DNA from: Girardia tigrina
Lineage: Eukaryota
NCBI GenBank assembly: GCA_001938485.1
Contig: MQRK01174637.1
Location: 89,724 to 144,247, forward strand
DNA: 54,524 nt
Direction of reading: 5' to 3'
The notes below the pieces were generated by a model that saw nothing but the letters and a program-made list of their open reading frames with translations, was not told the origin of the DNA and made no database searches. This document shows, one piece after another, positions 1-12,630 of the stretch. Made by a program: the position numbers and the translations under genes. How positions within the stretch are numbered: position 1 is the stretch's first letter; each line of letters starts with the position of its first letter.

Positions 1-549
1 GGACAAATGTATCATTAGTAATGGAGCATATTTTGAATAAAGCTTTTTTTATCGTTCTTTTGTTTTTAACGTATTTATTTTCAAAATTTAATCTGCATTT
101 CATACTTGTACACCTAATAAAACTTCAATTATTTTAGTTTTGAGATAAAGATTTGTCTTTTCGATGTAGGAGTTATGACGCATTTGACATTACAATACAA
201 GATTTCGATATAACTGTATGAATATCCCTTACATTATTAGTTACTGACACCATTGTGACTTTGTTGATATTCTAGTAAGTTTCATTCTTACATCTTCTAA
301 ACCCTTTAAAACAATTGAATTATTACAATATCAGCCTATTCCCTTACATATTTCTTTAGAATCTTTAGATTTTTCATCATGTTTTCACTTTTACACAAAT
401 CACCTTTGCTGCCATGCTATCTTTAGACCTAAGGAAGTCGAATTGAATTATTGATGTTGTACATCCTACAGAAACGATTATATCTTACGGATGCAATTTT
501 TATTTTATATGAGAATTTGTAGTTTTCACTTCAATTACAATTTTCATTA

Positions 550-915
550 CGTGTACCAATATGTTTTCCAAAATGTGATTTTGGTTTTGAAAAAGAAACA
601 CAATGCCCAACTCAAAATAGTTCATTATAGGATTTTCGTTTAAGTTTTAAAGAAAACGATTAGAAATTGTTTTTAAGCATACATCCAGTTCAGCAATAAG
701 CTCTCAATGTTTTCTACTGATCGTTGTTAAAACTAAAATTTCCTTCCGGAAAGTTTTCTTATAAGAGGATTTCATTTACATCACCGAAATAAAGGTAGTA
801 CGGTTTGTGTTACATGGAGGTTCTTTGCCAAATGTAGAGTTCATATTCCGAAAAGCTTCTGCAGCTTTGCAACCGATTTTAAAGTGGTATAAATATTTGA
901 TTCTTACCTAAATTT
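550..915 (-). mobile_element. Degenerate mariner transposase N-terminal fragment
   Basis: Minus strand reads YLYHFKIGCKAAEAFRNMNSTFGKE, resembling the mariner N-terminal HTH (e.g. FLYEFKLGHKAAETTRNINNAFG). The frame is then broken. No TIRs found; boundaries approximate. Confidence 0.55.
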
Positions 916-1682
916 TGAAAGGTCTAAAAAACCGCTAAGACATTATTAAGGTACGATATATGACAAAAATAATTTTTATTATTATTGTTTTGAGGAATAT
1001 TTTAAATTGTATGTGAATAAATAATGTTAATTTGAATATCTTGAACCAGAATGGTAATTCTTTACCCTGATGTAAATTGTTATTTTTTGTATTTGTAATA
1101 ATTGATCATTTGAACAAAATTAAGGTAATAATTATGAAATGATAATAATTTTATGAGTTTGAATTTTTTTTTAATTTTAACCATAAATATTAAATTAAAT
1201 TTAAATTGATATATCCTAAAACAATTACATTTAAAATATTATAAAGTAAAAGATATTTTTAAAATTTTTTAAAATTTTAAAGTAGAGTTTTTATAATAAA
1301 TCTGTGTCTCCAAAATTTTATTATCATGAAATTTATATCTTAAAGACATTTTTTACAATATATAAAATATTTTTTCAATCAATTAAAATAAAAATTTATT
1401 TAGCGTTCTTATAACCTAATAGTGATTAAATAAATTTAACTAAATTCTGAGGTTTTAAAAAAGAAACGTAAAGATTATTAATTTTAATAAATATTTTTGA
1501 AATAAAAAGATAATAAAGAAAATTATTCGAACAATCATTTTTAAAAAGACAGAAAAAAAATAATTAGAATGACATCAAAAATAGTGAAAGATAATCCGAG
1601 AGTTGTGATGACCCCCAATATGATGTTAATAAAGATTTTGATAATAACATATATCACTGCTCCTAGAAATTTATTATTTTTT

Positions 1683-1724
1683 ATAATTATTATTATTATA
1701 ATTATTATAATAATAATTATTATG

Positions 1725-1766
<42 letters not shown>
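1683..1766. repeat. (ATT/AAT)n microsatellite
   Basis: Imperfect ATT trinucleotide run; it produces the poly-Ile ORF 1569-1820. Confidence 0.95.
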
Positions 1767-4700
1767 GTGTATATTTATAAACTTTATAATCGTTGTATTT
1801 ATTTTAAAATAATTCAATAATAATAAAATAGAACAAAATAATTAAAATGCAAAATAAATAGACCCATTAATTACGAAAAAAAGAATGCTTTTTTTCCCAT
1901 TTTGTGATAAGTATTTGTACTCTCCAGCGAATACTTAATTACATGAAAGTTTCATTTTTGTTTCAATTATTATAAAAAAAAGTATTAAAATAATAAGAAT
2001 CTATTAGAATTTTATAAAACTACTTAATCGTTCTTCATTCTTCTTGTGAGCAATTTTTTTAGGTTTTTTTTAATTTTCTATTAATCGTTTTTTATTGAAA
2101 AAAATTTTTTAATGTAAATAAAGAAAATAAATTCTATTAACTATTTTTTATAATAAAAAATCACAAATAATAGTTAATATTTAATATAATAAAAACAAAT
2201 AAATTACAATCAAAGAATATTTGTTTTAATTAAACATTGATTGTAAAGCTTAATGAAAGACTGAATGGGAAAATTATTTTCGTTCATATTATTAACGTGC
2301 CTCGAATAACATTAAAAAATTGAAGTAAAAAAATATGAAACATATTAAATTCTATAAACATGTGGCAAAAGTCTCATTAAACGTTTAGTGATACTTAGAA
2401 AGTAAAAAAAATATAAAACTTATTGTTAAAGTAATAATACTTTTTTAACCAAAATAGATAAATTTGATCAACTTATGTTTCTAAATTCTCATTTGTATTA
2501 GTTATACTTAAAATATTTTTATTTCAAATAATAAAAAAGTAATAAAAAAACAAAAATAAATTTAAAAAAATAATATTAAATTAAATTCGCAAAAGTAAAT
2601 AGAAAATAAATAAATTAAATCTGTATTTTATAGAAAATATCAAAATATAAATTAAAAATAAAATAAAGAAATATTTTTTTAAAAAAAATGATTTCAAATG
2701 ACTTTTTAATAATCTTAATGAGTCATGAATTAAACTTAAATTCGATAATTTTATTATTTTTTTACTAGGAAACAAACGCAAAAATTGTTAAAAAGTAGAA
2801 AGAAAAAAATAGAAATTGTTCAGAAAATTCTAATAAAAAATTAGTAATTTTATTTTACATTTTGTTTGATTGTTTTTGTCTACTTGAAGCATACACCTTT
2901 TTGTTTCACATTTTTTTTGTCTTACGTGAAAATAAACATAATTACATTTTCCATAGGTAAAAGAAAAGTAGAGTTTGTAGAAACGTGTACAGGTAATATA
3001 CTGAAACAGAAATTTCACAAAATAAAGCAGTATAATTATTATTTATTCACTGTTTTCAGAAACAAAAATAATGTTTAAGAAAAAAAAGTAATATGTACCG
3101 AAAGATCTGTTGTGATGAATGGGTGTATATTGCTGAACAACAGAATCCGTCCGTGAAGCATGAATCACACTGTCTAATTATGTCTCTGAAATAATGCCTG
3201 TTCTCCAATACTGGCAAAAAATGCAGATTTCCATATCAAAATTAATAATCTTTGATAGAAATATTATCAAACAAGTAAATAACTATTTTTATCCTTAAGA
3301 ATACAGAAATCCAGTACATCAAAAACTTGATGGAGAGATTATTTGGATTTTTCTTTTTACTACTTTCAATATGATTAGAAAAGTTTACAAACTTCAAAAG
3401 CTCTTTAAAAATAATGTTTAGAAATATTTTTATTCATTTCTTTAATTTTGTTTTATTAAATATCGAATTTATTAAGAATTTTATTATTTAAAAAGATTTT
3501 ATTTTAATAAAAAAATTTAAAACCGGAAAGAAATGTGTTATAGAAAAAACATAGTAAAATTGGTCTTATTTCGTGATTTTTCGATTAATTTTTAAATAAT
3601 TTATACTTAGTAAGAATATATTTACATAATTACGTTTTGTAAATATTATAGTAGTGAAAATTAAATCTTCTCGCCTTGCTTTTTTTCCATTCCTGTAAAA
3701 ACCGATTTTTTTTTGGATTTTTAATAATATTTGTATTTTTTTTAATAAAATACAGAATATTTATTTTATTTTTTGGAAAATAAAAAAATGTATTTTTGGT
3801 ATCATAGGAGACGTAAGTGAAAAGAAGTTTTAAACCTTAAAAATTATAATATTCAAATCATCCCTGGACCTCTAGTCCTAAAAATATTATTCTTTTTGTT
3901 TTTAAAATTTGATTTTCCCTTTTTTTATTTCTCTATAGCTATAAAAAATAAATTTAATAATATTAAATTTTATTCTAATTGATAAAAATATAATCAGTAA
4001 TATATTTTTGAAAAAAATAAAATATTATGAAATATAATAATAATTATAATTATATAATAAATAAAATACAAAACAATTAAAAATTCTTTTTGGAAATTAT
4101 AATCAGTTTTTCGAAAAGTACATCAAAAAGGAGAATAAATTAACGTAAATATAAATCGTGATTTTCAAATAAATTCTTCTACGAGTTTAAAATGAAATAA
4201 AAAATTGAATAAAATAAATGTTAAATAGAAACCTTCAATCTTAACATAAAAAGAAACTCTAAAATTGCTTAAGGCTTTATAAGTATTAAGTCTTGCCACG
4301 ACGAACATAAGCATAATTAAATCAGTATTCACAGAAGTTGCGGAGGTTATAGTTGATAAGACGATGGAAACTTTTTTTTAATTATTTATTTTTTCAAAAG
4401 AATTTTTTGTGAATTAATTTTTTTAAAAAGACTTTATAAATATTTATTGTTTTTTTGTTAAATTTGATGTTCATTATTATTAAATTTATTTTCCGAAGTG
4501 TAACTTAATAAAACAAATAATTAAATATTTAGACTATATAATATGTCTTTAATATTTTATACATATACGTTACATTTTTTAGGCGCCACTCCTTGTTTTC
4601 ATGGATTAATAATATTATATTATGTTCTAATATTATATTATAATTATTATTTTAATTATTCTTTAGCATCTAAAATTTATATGGTAGATGTCATGTTTGT

Positions 4701-5154
4701 TTATTGATGATATTGTTATATATAAATTTATTTCTCATTTTTTTGATAATTATTTTTAAATTAATTAAATATGGGATTAATTAAATTAATTAAAAGGAAA
4801 AAAGAAGATTTCTGTCAAAGACAAATACAGACATTATATATAAATTTAAAAATTAAAATAATTAGAAGAAAATGTCTTCAAAATCAATAATATTAGACTA
4901 GTTATAATTTTATTAATATTTTTTTTCGATTTATATTTTAATTTATCATAATTTGTTAAAGCTATTTATATTGAAATATCTCGTTTATTTTATATTTACG
5001 ATCATTTCAATTGAATTAAATGGTTTATTATCAAAATTTTCAGTCAAAAATTCTTTCTATTAACCCTTATATTGGAATGAAAATTTGCTGATTAGACAAT
5101 TTATATATGATGTGTAAATAAATGAAATTAAATAATTAATTAAAAAAAATCAAT

Positions 5155-5620
5155 ACGAAAAAGTTTCTATTATTTTTAACGGCAATTTATCGAGTTTTTA
5201 TTGAAATTGTGAGCGATTAAATATATAATAAATATATAAATAAATATTCGTATAAGAAACCTTAACAAAGATGCGTTTGTTCGGGCAGAGCTGATCGTGT
5301 GTGTGCACGGACGATTCTTCAAGTCGTGAGAGAGTCAGTGTGTATGCCGGTTTGTTGATGAATGAAATGGCTCACTTTTTGTGTCTGGCAAATTTTTTAT
5401 TGAACTTTTAGCGAGATCTATTGTTGAATTTATTTGTGTTTGACAATTTGAATTGAACGTTTTGTTGATTTTCCAATTATTTGCAATTTATTGTCATGTT
5501 ATTGTTGTCGAACGATTTAATTGAACTCGACAATATATTTACTAATTTGAATGACGAAAAAGTTTCTATTATTTTTAACGGTAATTTATCGAGTTTTTAT
5601 TGAAATTGTGAGCGATTAAA
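5155..5620 (+). repeat. 67-bp direct repeat pair (5155-5221 and 5554-5620)
   Basis: ACGAAAAAGTTTCTATTATTTTTAACGG(C/T)AATTTATCGAGTTTTTATTGAAATTGTGAGCGATTAAA occurs twice with one mismatch. Confidence 0.9.
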
Positions 5621-8600
5621 CGTTTTTATTTATATCTTTAGAACGACAATTTTTTGCGACAATGTTGTCGATCTACTGTTGCATTTTCCATGTCGTTGAA
5701 ATTATATGATTTATTTTGACTGACATTGCGTAATTTGTTCTGACAAAGTTAAACACTTTATGATACTGAAATTTTTTAATTTCATTTGTGCCAAAATTAA
5801 AAATAGAATAATCTCAATGATGATTAGTCTAAATAATATAAAATAAGCCTAGCACAATATTCCAAAGCGCCATGTCTTTGCTACCACTGTTCGGTCTTTA
5901 GAACAATCTACAGATCGGATTGAACATATATACTTCACTATCAAATTTTTTTCAAAGTAAATAGTATAAAAAAATAATTAAACAGTATTAAACTTTGAAA
6001 AAATTCTTTCTTTAAAGTAACAACGAGTAACAAAATGCTTCATAAATACTCCAATTTTGTAAACAAACAAAAACATTTATTTAAAATGTTCTATGAAAGG
6101 AGTTGACATAAATTATTTTTCTCGGAATCCTACTGTTTTATCTTTTTTTCATAAAGATATAAATAAATAAATATTTTTTATCTCAAAACATAGTTATAAA
6201 CAAGATAGCAGAATGAACCAAAAAGATAAATAATATTGATTATAATAAATCACAAAACCTTAGATTGTTGATTACCCCAATAAGTAACTTTAATCACCTT
6301 AACCGGCGTCTCCGTAATGCCTCTCACGGTATTTCCATCTATTCCAACACTTTAGATAATAATTCAGGAACCCATTTAAATGTATTTGCTTAACTTGATT
6401 TTACTGAAGAACGTTATTCATTCCTATTAAACATAAACAAATTCTCATTATATCTATATTTTTTATATTTAATATTTTTTCAATATTTTTACACATCCTT
6501 TTAAGTATATTAAAACAAATGAGCTTCATATATATATATATATATATATATATAACTTATTTAAATCCAATAAAATTATTAAAAAAATTAAATATTAACT
6601 TAAAAATTTTTTATATATTACAATTAATTCTGAAAATAATTAAATCAGCTCAAAGTGAGTGCAAGCATTTTATTACTTTCACAAATTATGAATGTATTAT
6701 TAAGTTGGATTCTGTATTAATAGAACAGCATCATGATCCAAAAATCAGAGCATCTACATTTAGCTGTTCGACTGTATCATAAAACAAGTCTAAATTCAAG
6801 TCAAACTATTGAATAAAAAAAACAAATAACGAAATAAAAATTCGAGTTTTAGATCAAGTAAACTTGTTTTGTATAGAGTATTTGCAACAGTAAAACAGTG
6901 AGAACAAATGTAAAAGATAAAGTTACATTATTGTGAAAAAAAATCTAAATTAAAAAAAAAATAAAAATATCAAAAAATATATAATATAAAAATGTTTTTA
7001 TTTTGTTTTAATTTTCTTCAAGTCGAGTTAGAAAACCGTAGTAATTATTTCAAAGATTACTACTGGCAGATTAAGCATACTCAAAATATATAATAAAATA
7101 TTTTTTTAGGTTTCACCTTTCATCATTAAAACAAATATAACATTCCCATTGGTACTCTTTGACAAATATACTTCAACGTAATCTACTTTTAACTGAAGTA
7201 GACTGAATTAAGTGATATAATATTATATTGTGACAGCATTTGAGGCTTATGACAAATTTTGCTATTATTTCGTTTTTCTAACGTTTTATTATTTTTTTAA
7301 AAAAATATGTCTGTAGTGATTTTATTTGTGTTTTTTCAAGATACAAATAAAATATAATTCTTAGAAAAATAAAAATGTTAACTTTTCATATAAATTTATA
7401 TTTTAATAATAATAATAATAATGGAATGTAATCTGATTTCATGAAATAGACGACATAAAATATTTATTAAAAAATTCTATTTTTTTATTATTATTATTAT
7501 ATTTTTAAAAAGATTAAATAAATTCTAAATTTTTTTTCAAATAAACGTAAAGCAATAAGTAAGGTTAACACAACTAGTAATTTATGTCACGAATATTTTG
7601 TTTTAATCACTTTCACATATTTATTTCACGAAATTTGAGTAATTCATGTAGAAAAATATATAATTAAAAGTCTTTATGAATAATATAAAGCATGAATATA
7701 TTTTCTCAATAATTAAATAACATTAATAAAATAATATATAACATGTTTTCTAGTTTTATTTTCCATCCTATAAAAATAAAATATATAAAATTAATATATT
7801 ATTGTGTATGAATTTTAAAATATAAAACACAATCTGGTGAAGTTTTCAAGTGTTAAATTAATAAAAAATATTCAAGACGATACAGGACACAATCATACTC
7901 AATTAAAAAAAGAATTTATATTTTACAAGGGTTAGTGAAGTTTTAAAATATTTTTTTCAGAATTACATCTTGTATTTTCGGCAGAGGAAAATGTCCGGTC
8001 AATAACTTTCATATGATTAGATGAATGAACATTTAAGAATGGTTCAAAAAGCCTAATTAACAATGCTTCAGTGATTATAAGTATATAAAAATTATTTTAA
8101 AAATTTGAAACTCTATTATTATGGACTTTATTTCGATCTTTGCTATGTAAAATTATAATGATAGGATTATACAGAATGATTGTTAATTAAACATTTCAAT
8201 CCTTGCCTCAATGTTCATTGTGATTCATTTAATCATAAATAAATATTCTATATTTTTATTTTTTTTTAATTTCTATAATTGGAAAGGACAAAAAAACTAA
8301 CAATTAAATGATGTAGCGTTATAATCTGTCGCCTTATTTTAGATTGAATTTGAAATTTTCAACTACTAAACTGACGATGATAAAACTGGCGGAAAATGTT
8401 TTAAAAAATTAATGTTTAGAAAAGTGGCGGTTTGTCGTTTTATTTTATATATGCATATAATTTTAGTCAATTAATCAAATTTTTTTAATAAAGAAACAAT
8501 TTTTACAAACTATAAATAATAATATGAACACCCAAAGTCAAATCAAATGAAACAGTCACGCTCTTATGTAAATATATATAATCGAATACCAATCCATTAA

Positions 8601-8708
8601 TAAGTCTCTCTTACAAGATTTTGGAATCATATTAATGATTTTAAATAAAATGTTCCCTCTTGATAATGAAGAGTAAAATTTTGTCATTTCTAACAAAAAA
8701 TATAAATA

Positions 8709-9989
8709 TTGGGTTTACCACAAAGTCATTGCGTTTTTGAGTACGTCCTAATAAAAAGCTTGAAAATATAAAACGATGTGATAAAATTTAAATTCAATTA
8801 TATATTCTGAAACCTTAATTTTCAAGCTATGTTTATACAAAATATTAATTTATTTTGTTTTAATTTATTGCTTTACCTTTAATTCGAAATGGAAAATTAA
8901 AATGAGCATATTCGTCATGTTTTGTTGCATTATTTTCGCAAAGGGAAAACCGCTGTGCAAGCTCATAAAAAGATATGTTTTGTATATGGTAGTGACTCCT
9001 TAAAACTTCTACAGTGTCAATACTGGTTTTCTAAATTTCGTTCTGAAAAATTTCATCTGAAAGATGCACCACGCTCCGGTCGACCAGTTGAAGTTGATGG
9101 CGACAAAATAACAGCACTGGTCAAATCTAATCAAAATATGACGTCAAGAGAAGTCGCAGAGACTCTGAAAATATCAAAATCAAGTGTTGGAAGTCATTTA
9201 AAGAAACTTGGATTCGTCAGTAAACTCGATATGTGGTTACCACATGAACTGAAAGAAAATCATTTGGTGAAACGTATAGACATTTGCGATTCCCTTTTGA
9301 AGCGAGAACAAAGTGATCCATTTTTGAAGCGCATGATTACGGGTGACGAAAAATGGATTGTTTACAACAATGTGGAACGCCGACAATCATGGACAAAACG
9401 TGGTGAGCCTGCCAAAACAATCCCAAAAGCAGAAATTCAGCAAAAGAAGGTTATGCTTTCCGTCTGGTGGTATTTTAAAGGAATTGTGTTTTTTGAACTC
9501 CTTCCGAGGAATGAAACTATCAATTCAGACAGATATTGTGGTCAGCTGGAGAAATTGGCTCATTCAATTCAACAGGAACGTCACGAATTGGCAAATCTAA
9601 AAGGAGTTGTAATTCAGCATGATAATGCAAGACCGCATACAAGGTTGACCACTCACCAGAAACTCTTATCACCGGGTTGGGAGGTTTTGGCGCACCCACC
9701 GTATTCTCCAGACTTGACCCCATCGGATTTTTACTTATTTAGATCACTGCAGAATTCCTTAAACAGAAAAACATTCGTCAGTGATGATGACATCAAATGT
9801 TCCTAGACGGCTTTTTTGCTGACAAAGGCAAAGGTTTTTATGAATCAGGAATAATGAAGCTACCGGAAATGTGGAAGAAAGTGATTGAAAATAATGGACA
9901 GTATATCGTGTAAAAATATTTGTGCATCCATGTCATTTTTTGATAATAAATATTTTAGTAAAAAATGCAATGACTTTTGGCTAACCCAA
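8709..9989 (+). mobile_element. Full-length mariner DNA transposon (about 1.28 kb), mellifera-subfamily-like
   Basis: Left TIR TTGGGTTTACCACAAAGTCATTGCGTTTTT and right TIR AAAAATGCAATGACTTTTGGCTAACCCAA. TA on both sides (8707-8708, 9990-9991). Typical mariner length. Confidence 0.95.
8889..9913 (+). pseudogene. Mariner DD34D transposase, inactivated
   Basis: Motifs WLPHEL, TGDEKW, HDNARPH, YSPDLTPSDFYLF. ATG at 8889 with a stop at codon 4 (MEN*NEHIRH). A 1-nt deletion near 9797; the restored frame gives MFLDGFFADKGKGFYESGIMKLPEMWKKVIENNGQYIV* ending at 9913. Confidence 0.93.
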
Positions 9990-11787
9990 TAATTAACAAA
10001 AGGAATATAATGGGTTATTTTCCTCTATGTTTGTATACTTTGATATCGAAAGATTTTTCGCTTATTGATGTATTAATAGAGAGTCAACTCAAACAATGCC
10101 AAAAAGTCTCTAAAACTTACTTAAAACTGAAATTGTTTTTAAGAGTCAATTTTATAGTGTTCTCCGTTAAAGCCACGTAACTGTGGAAGACATAAGTAGT
10201 GTGATATAGACAGAACATGACAGATGTTTAAAACTTCTGATAATTTTGCATTAAATTTACATATAAAAGTCATATTGGGGACATAAGGCAAAATAACACC
10301 GGTATGAAAATCAGACGAAAAGTCTCCAAGAAATTTTATTAATACAGATAAAAAATTTATAAAATAAAAAAATTTATTATGTAAATAAAACCTCTAAGAA
10401 ATAAATCCCGTTTTGAGTAAGATAAAAAATAAGTTTCTCTTCTCTCAGTTTTTGTTTCCTTGGAATTTACATAGTCAGGTACAAATATACAATTAGGGTT
10501 TAATAGTTATAAAAATCAAACTTGTGAGTATGGAAGAAACATCCCACTATTCAAATGGTATTAAGCTAAAGGTTCTCTAAAGGATGACCGAACCAAAAAC
10601 ACTTCAGCTTTTTAAAACTCATTCCAGTTAAGAATGATCTATTTGAGTTTGAGTATGTTTACTATATTCAATTTAATTGTAAATTATTTTTTTCGATTAC
10701 ACATATATGCAACTTTATATCATAATTTTAACGACATTTAAAAATATTTATTTACATAAATGTTGTTTAAGTCAGTATTTTGTTAAAAAATAGTATGAAA
10801 AAATATAAATAATACATATAGAAAAAAATATATTTCTAATTTATATTTTTCAAAAAAGTCTTCTATTTCGATTAAGTTTTTAAAAATGAAATAAAAACCA
10901 TTTAAACTAAATCAAAAAAAAATAACTAAAATTTTAAAATAAAATTTTGAACAATTTAATGATTTTTTTGTTTTAAAAAGAGAAGTTTGAAAGAAAAATC
11001 AATCTTTAATCCTTTCACAACTAATTAAAATTCATTGTTTAACTGATGATCATTTAAACAAATAAATTATTGCTTAATTAAAGAAGAAATAAATATATAA
11101 AATTTTATTTTTTAAACATATTTTCATTTGACATCGATTGAAGCTCTAAGAAATGATTGTTTACACATATTTAATTAACTTTTTTAATTATGATATTTGA
11201 TATTATATTAATTAACTTTCAATTTTTATTTCTAATAAATGAACTGATTAAAACAAATTATATGATTTATAAATAAATAATCATAAAGTTTAATTATTAA
11301 TTAAATTAAAATTCTTCCATTTATTTATTAATTTATTATTTCAAAAATTATTTTTTATTAATTGTAGTGTTTTGTGTTTTTTATTATTACTGTTTCAAAA
11401 GGTTTTGTTAATTAAAAAAATATGTTTAGAAAATTTAATTTTGTTTAATTTATTTGTTTAATAAATTTTGTATGATTTATTTAAATTTTTTTTAAAGAAA
11501 CATTTTGAATTTCTTTTAATTAATAATTAATTAATTTTAAATTATAAAATGTTTTTTGGTTAACAAATATTGTAAACCGTTTTAATAGAAGCAATTATTT
11601 TTGTACAGTTCATTAAGTGTAATTCAAATTTAAAACGATAAAATTAAAATAAAATAAAAATATTTCGAAAAAGAAATATTTTTTAATGATTTTCAAAATT
11701 AATTTGTAAAAAAAACCAACAGAAAAATTACTCACTTTTATTTTTATAATTAACTTTAATTTTAATACATAATTTTTGTTTTAAGTA

Positions 11788-12630
11788 TTTGGTTGCCTCA
11801 TAAGTTCGTTCGGTTTTTTAAAATTTATTCAAAGCAAGATACATTCTAAAATAAAACCTTTTATTATTAACGATATTTTCCCTTATTTTTTATCAATTTG
11901 GTTCAACGTTCAGGCAACTGCTTAACGCCACCTCTCCAGGATGATTCGTTTTTTCCTCTCGATAAATCTCTCAAGATGAATTTTTTATCGTTCAAAGACA
12001 TGAAATTTGTTCCGTTAAGATAATTTTGTCGTGAGCAGAATAAATGGTTTTCGGATGGTGGGATATGACGAGCTCTATGATGGGTGAAGTACAATATCAC
12101 AACCTAACCTTACAACTTCTGTATGGTTGTTAGAGATGTATGTTGTAGCGCAGTATCATGTGGAAAACATATTTATCGTCTATTAAACAATATAAGCCAC
12201 TTTTGTGCTAGACCTGTCTTCATACTGTCAAGTTATTCTTAGTCTTTGATCGAATTGATTCAAAAATCATCCAAATCGTGCGGAACCCACATGTCAGCGC
12301 GTTTAACAAACTCAAAAGCGTGGAGACGTTTTTCAACGTACAGTGCTATACATTCATAACGCTCACTATCTGAGGAAGGGAAATGTGGATTTCCGTTCTC
12401 AACAGACAATATTGTGGTCCTGTTCGTTATTACAGGCCGTCCAAAGCTTTCACAATCTTTAAGGCTGAAGTCTCCACCTCTAAACCTGTCATACTAATTT
12501 TGTACAATGCAATTGATAACTGCAGATTTCTACTAGACATTGCATATTTTTTTGGCGCTTAGATTGCGTTTTTCTTTTTTCAATAATGATACAACATAAT
12601 ACACCGAAAATACTTTGAATTTTATTTTAT
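11788..12630 (-). mobile_element. Old, internally deleted mariner remnant
   Basis: TA followed by TIR-like TTTGGTTGCCTCATAAGTTCGTTCGGTTTT at 11788. Minus-strand peptides KKICNV, RFRGGDFSLKDCESFGRP, DMWVPHDL, PPSENHLF..QNYLNG, GVKQLPER. Many stops; the other end was not found. Confidence 0.85.

Noticed and set aside
1569-1820. 83-aa poly-Ile ORF
   Set aside because: It is a translation of the (ATT)n microsatellite.
6340-6425. Minus-strand peptide ANTFKWVPEL, resembling a small GTPase or mariner WVP motif
   Set aside because: Flanked by stops, with no other motifs or convincing splice sites.
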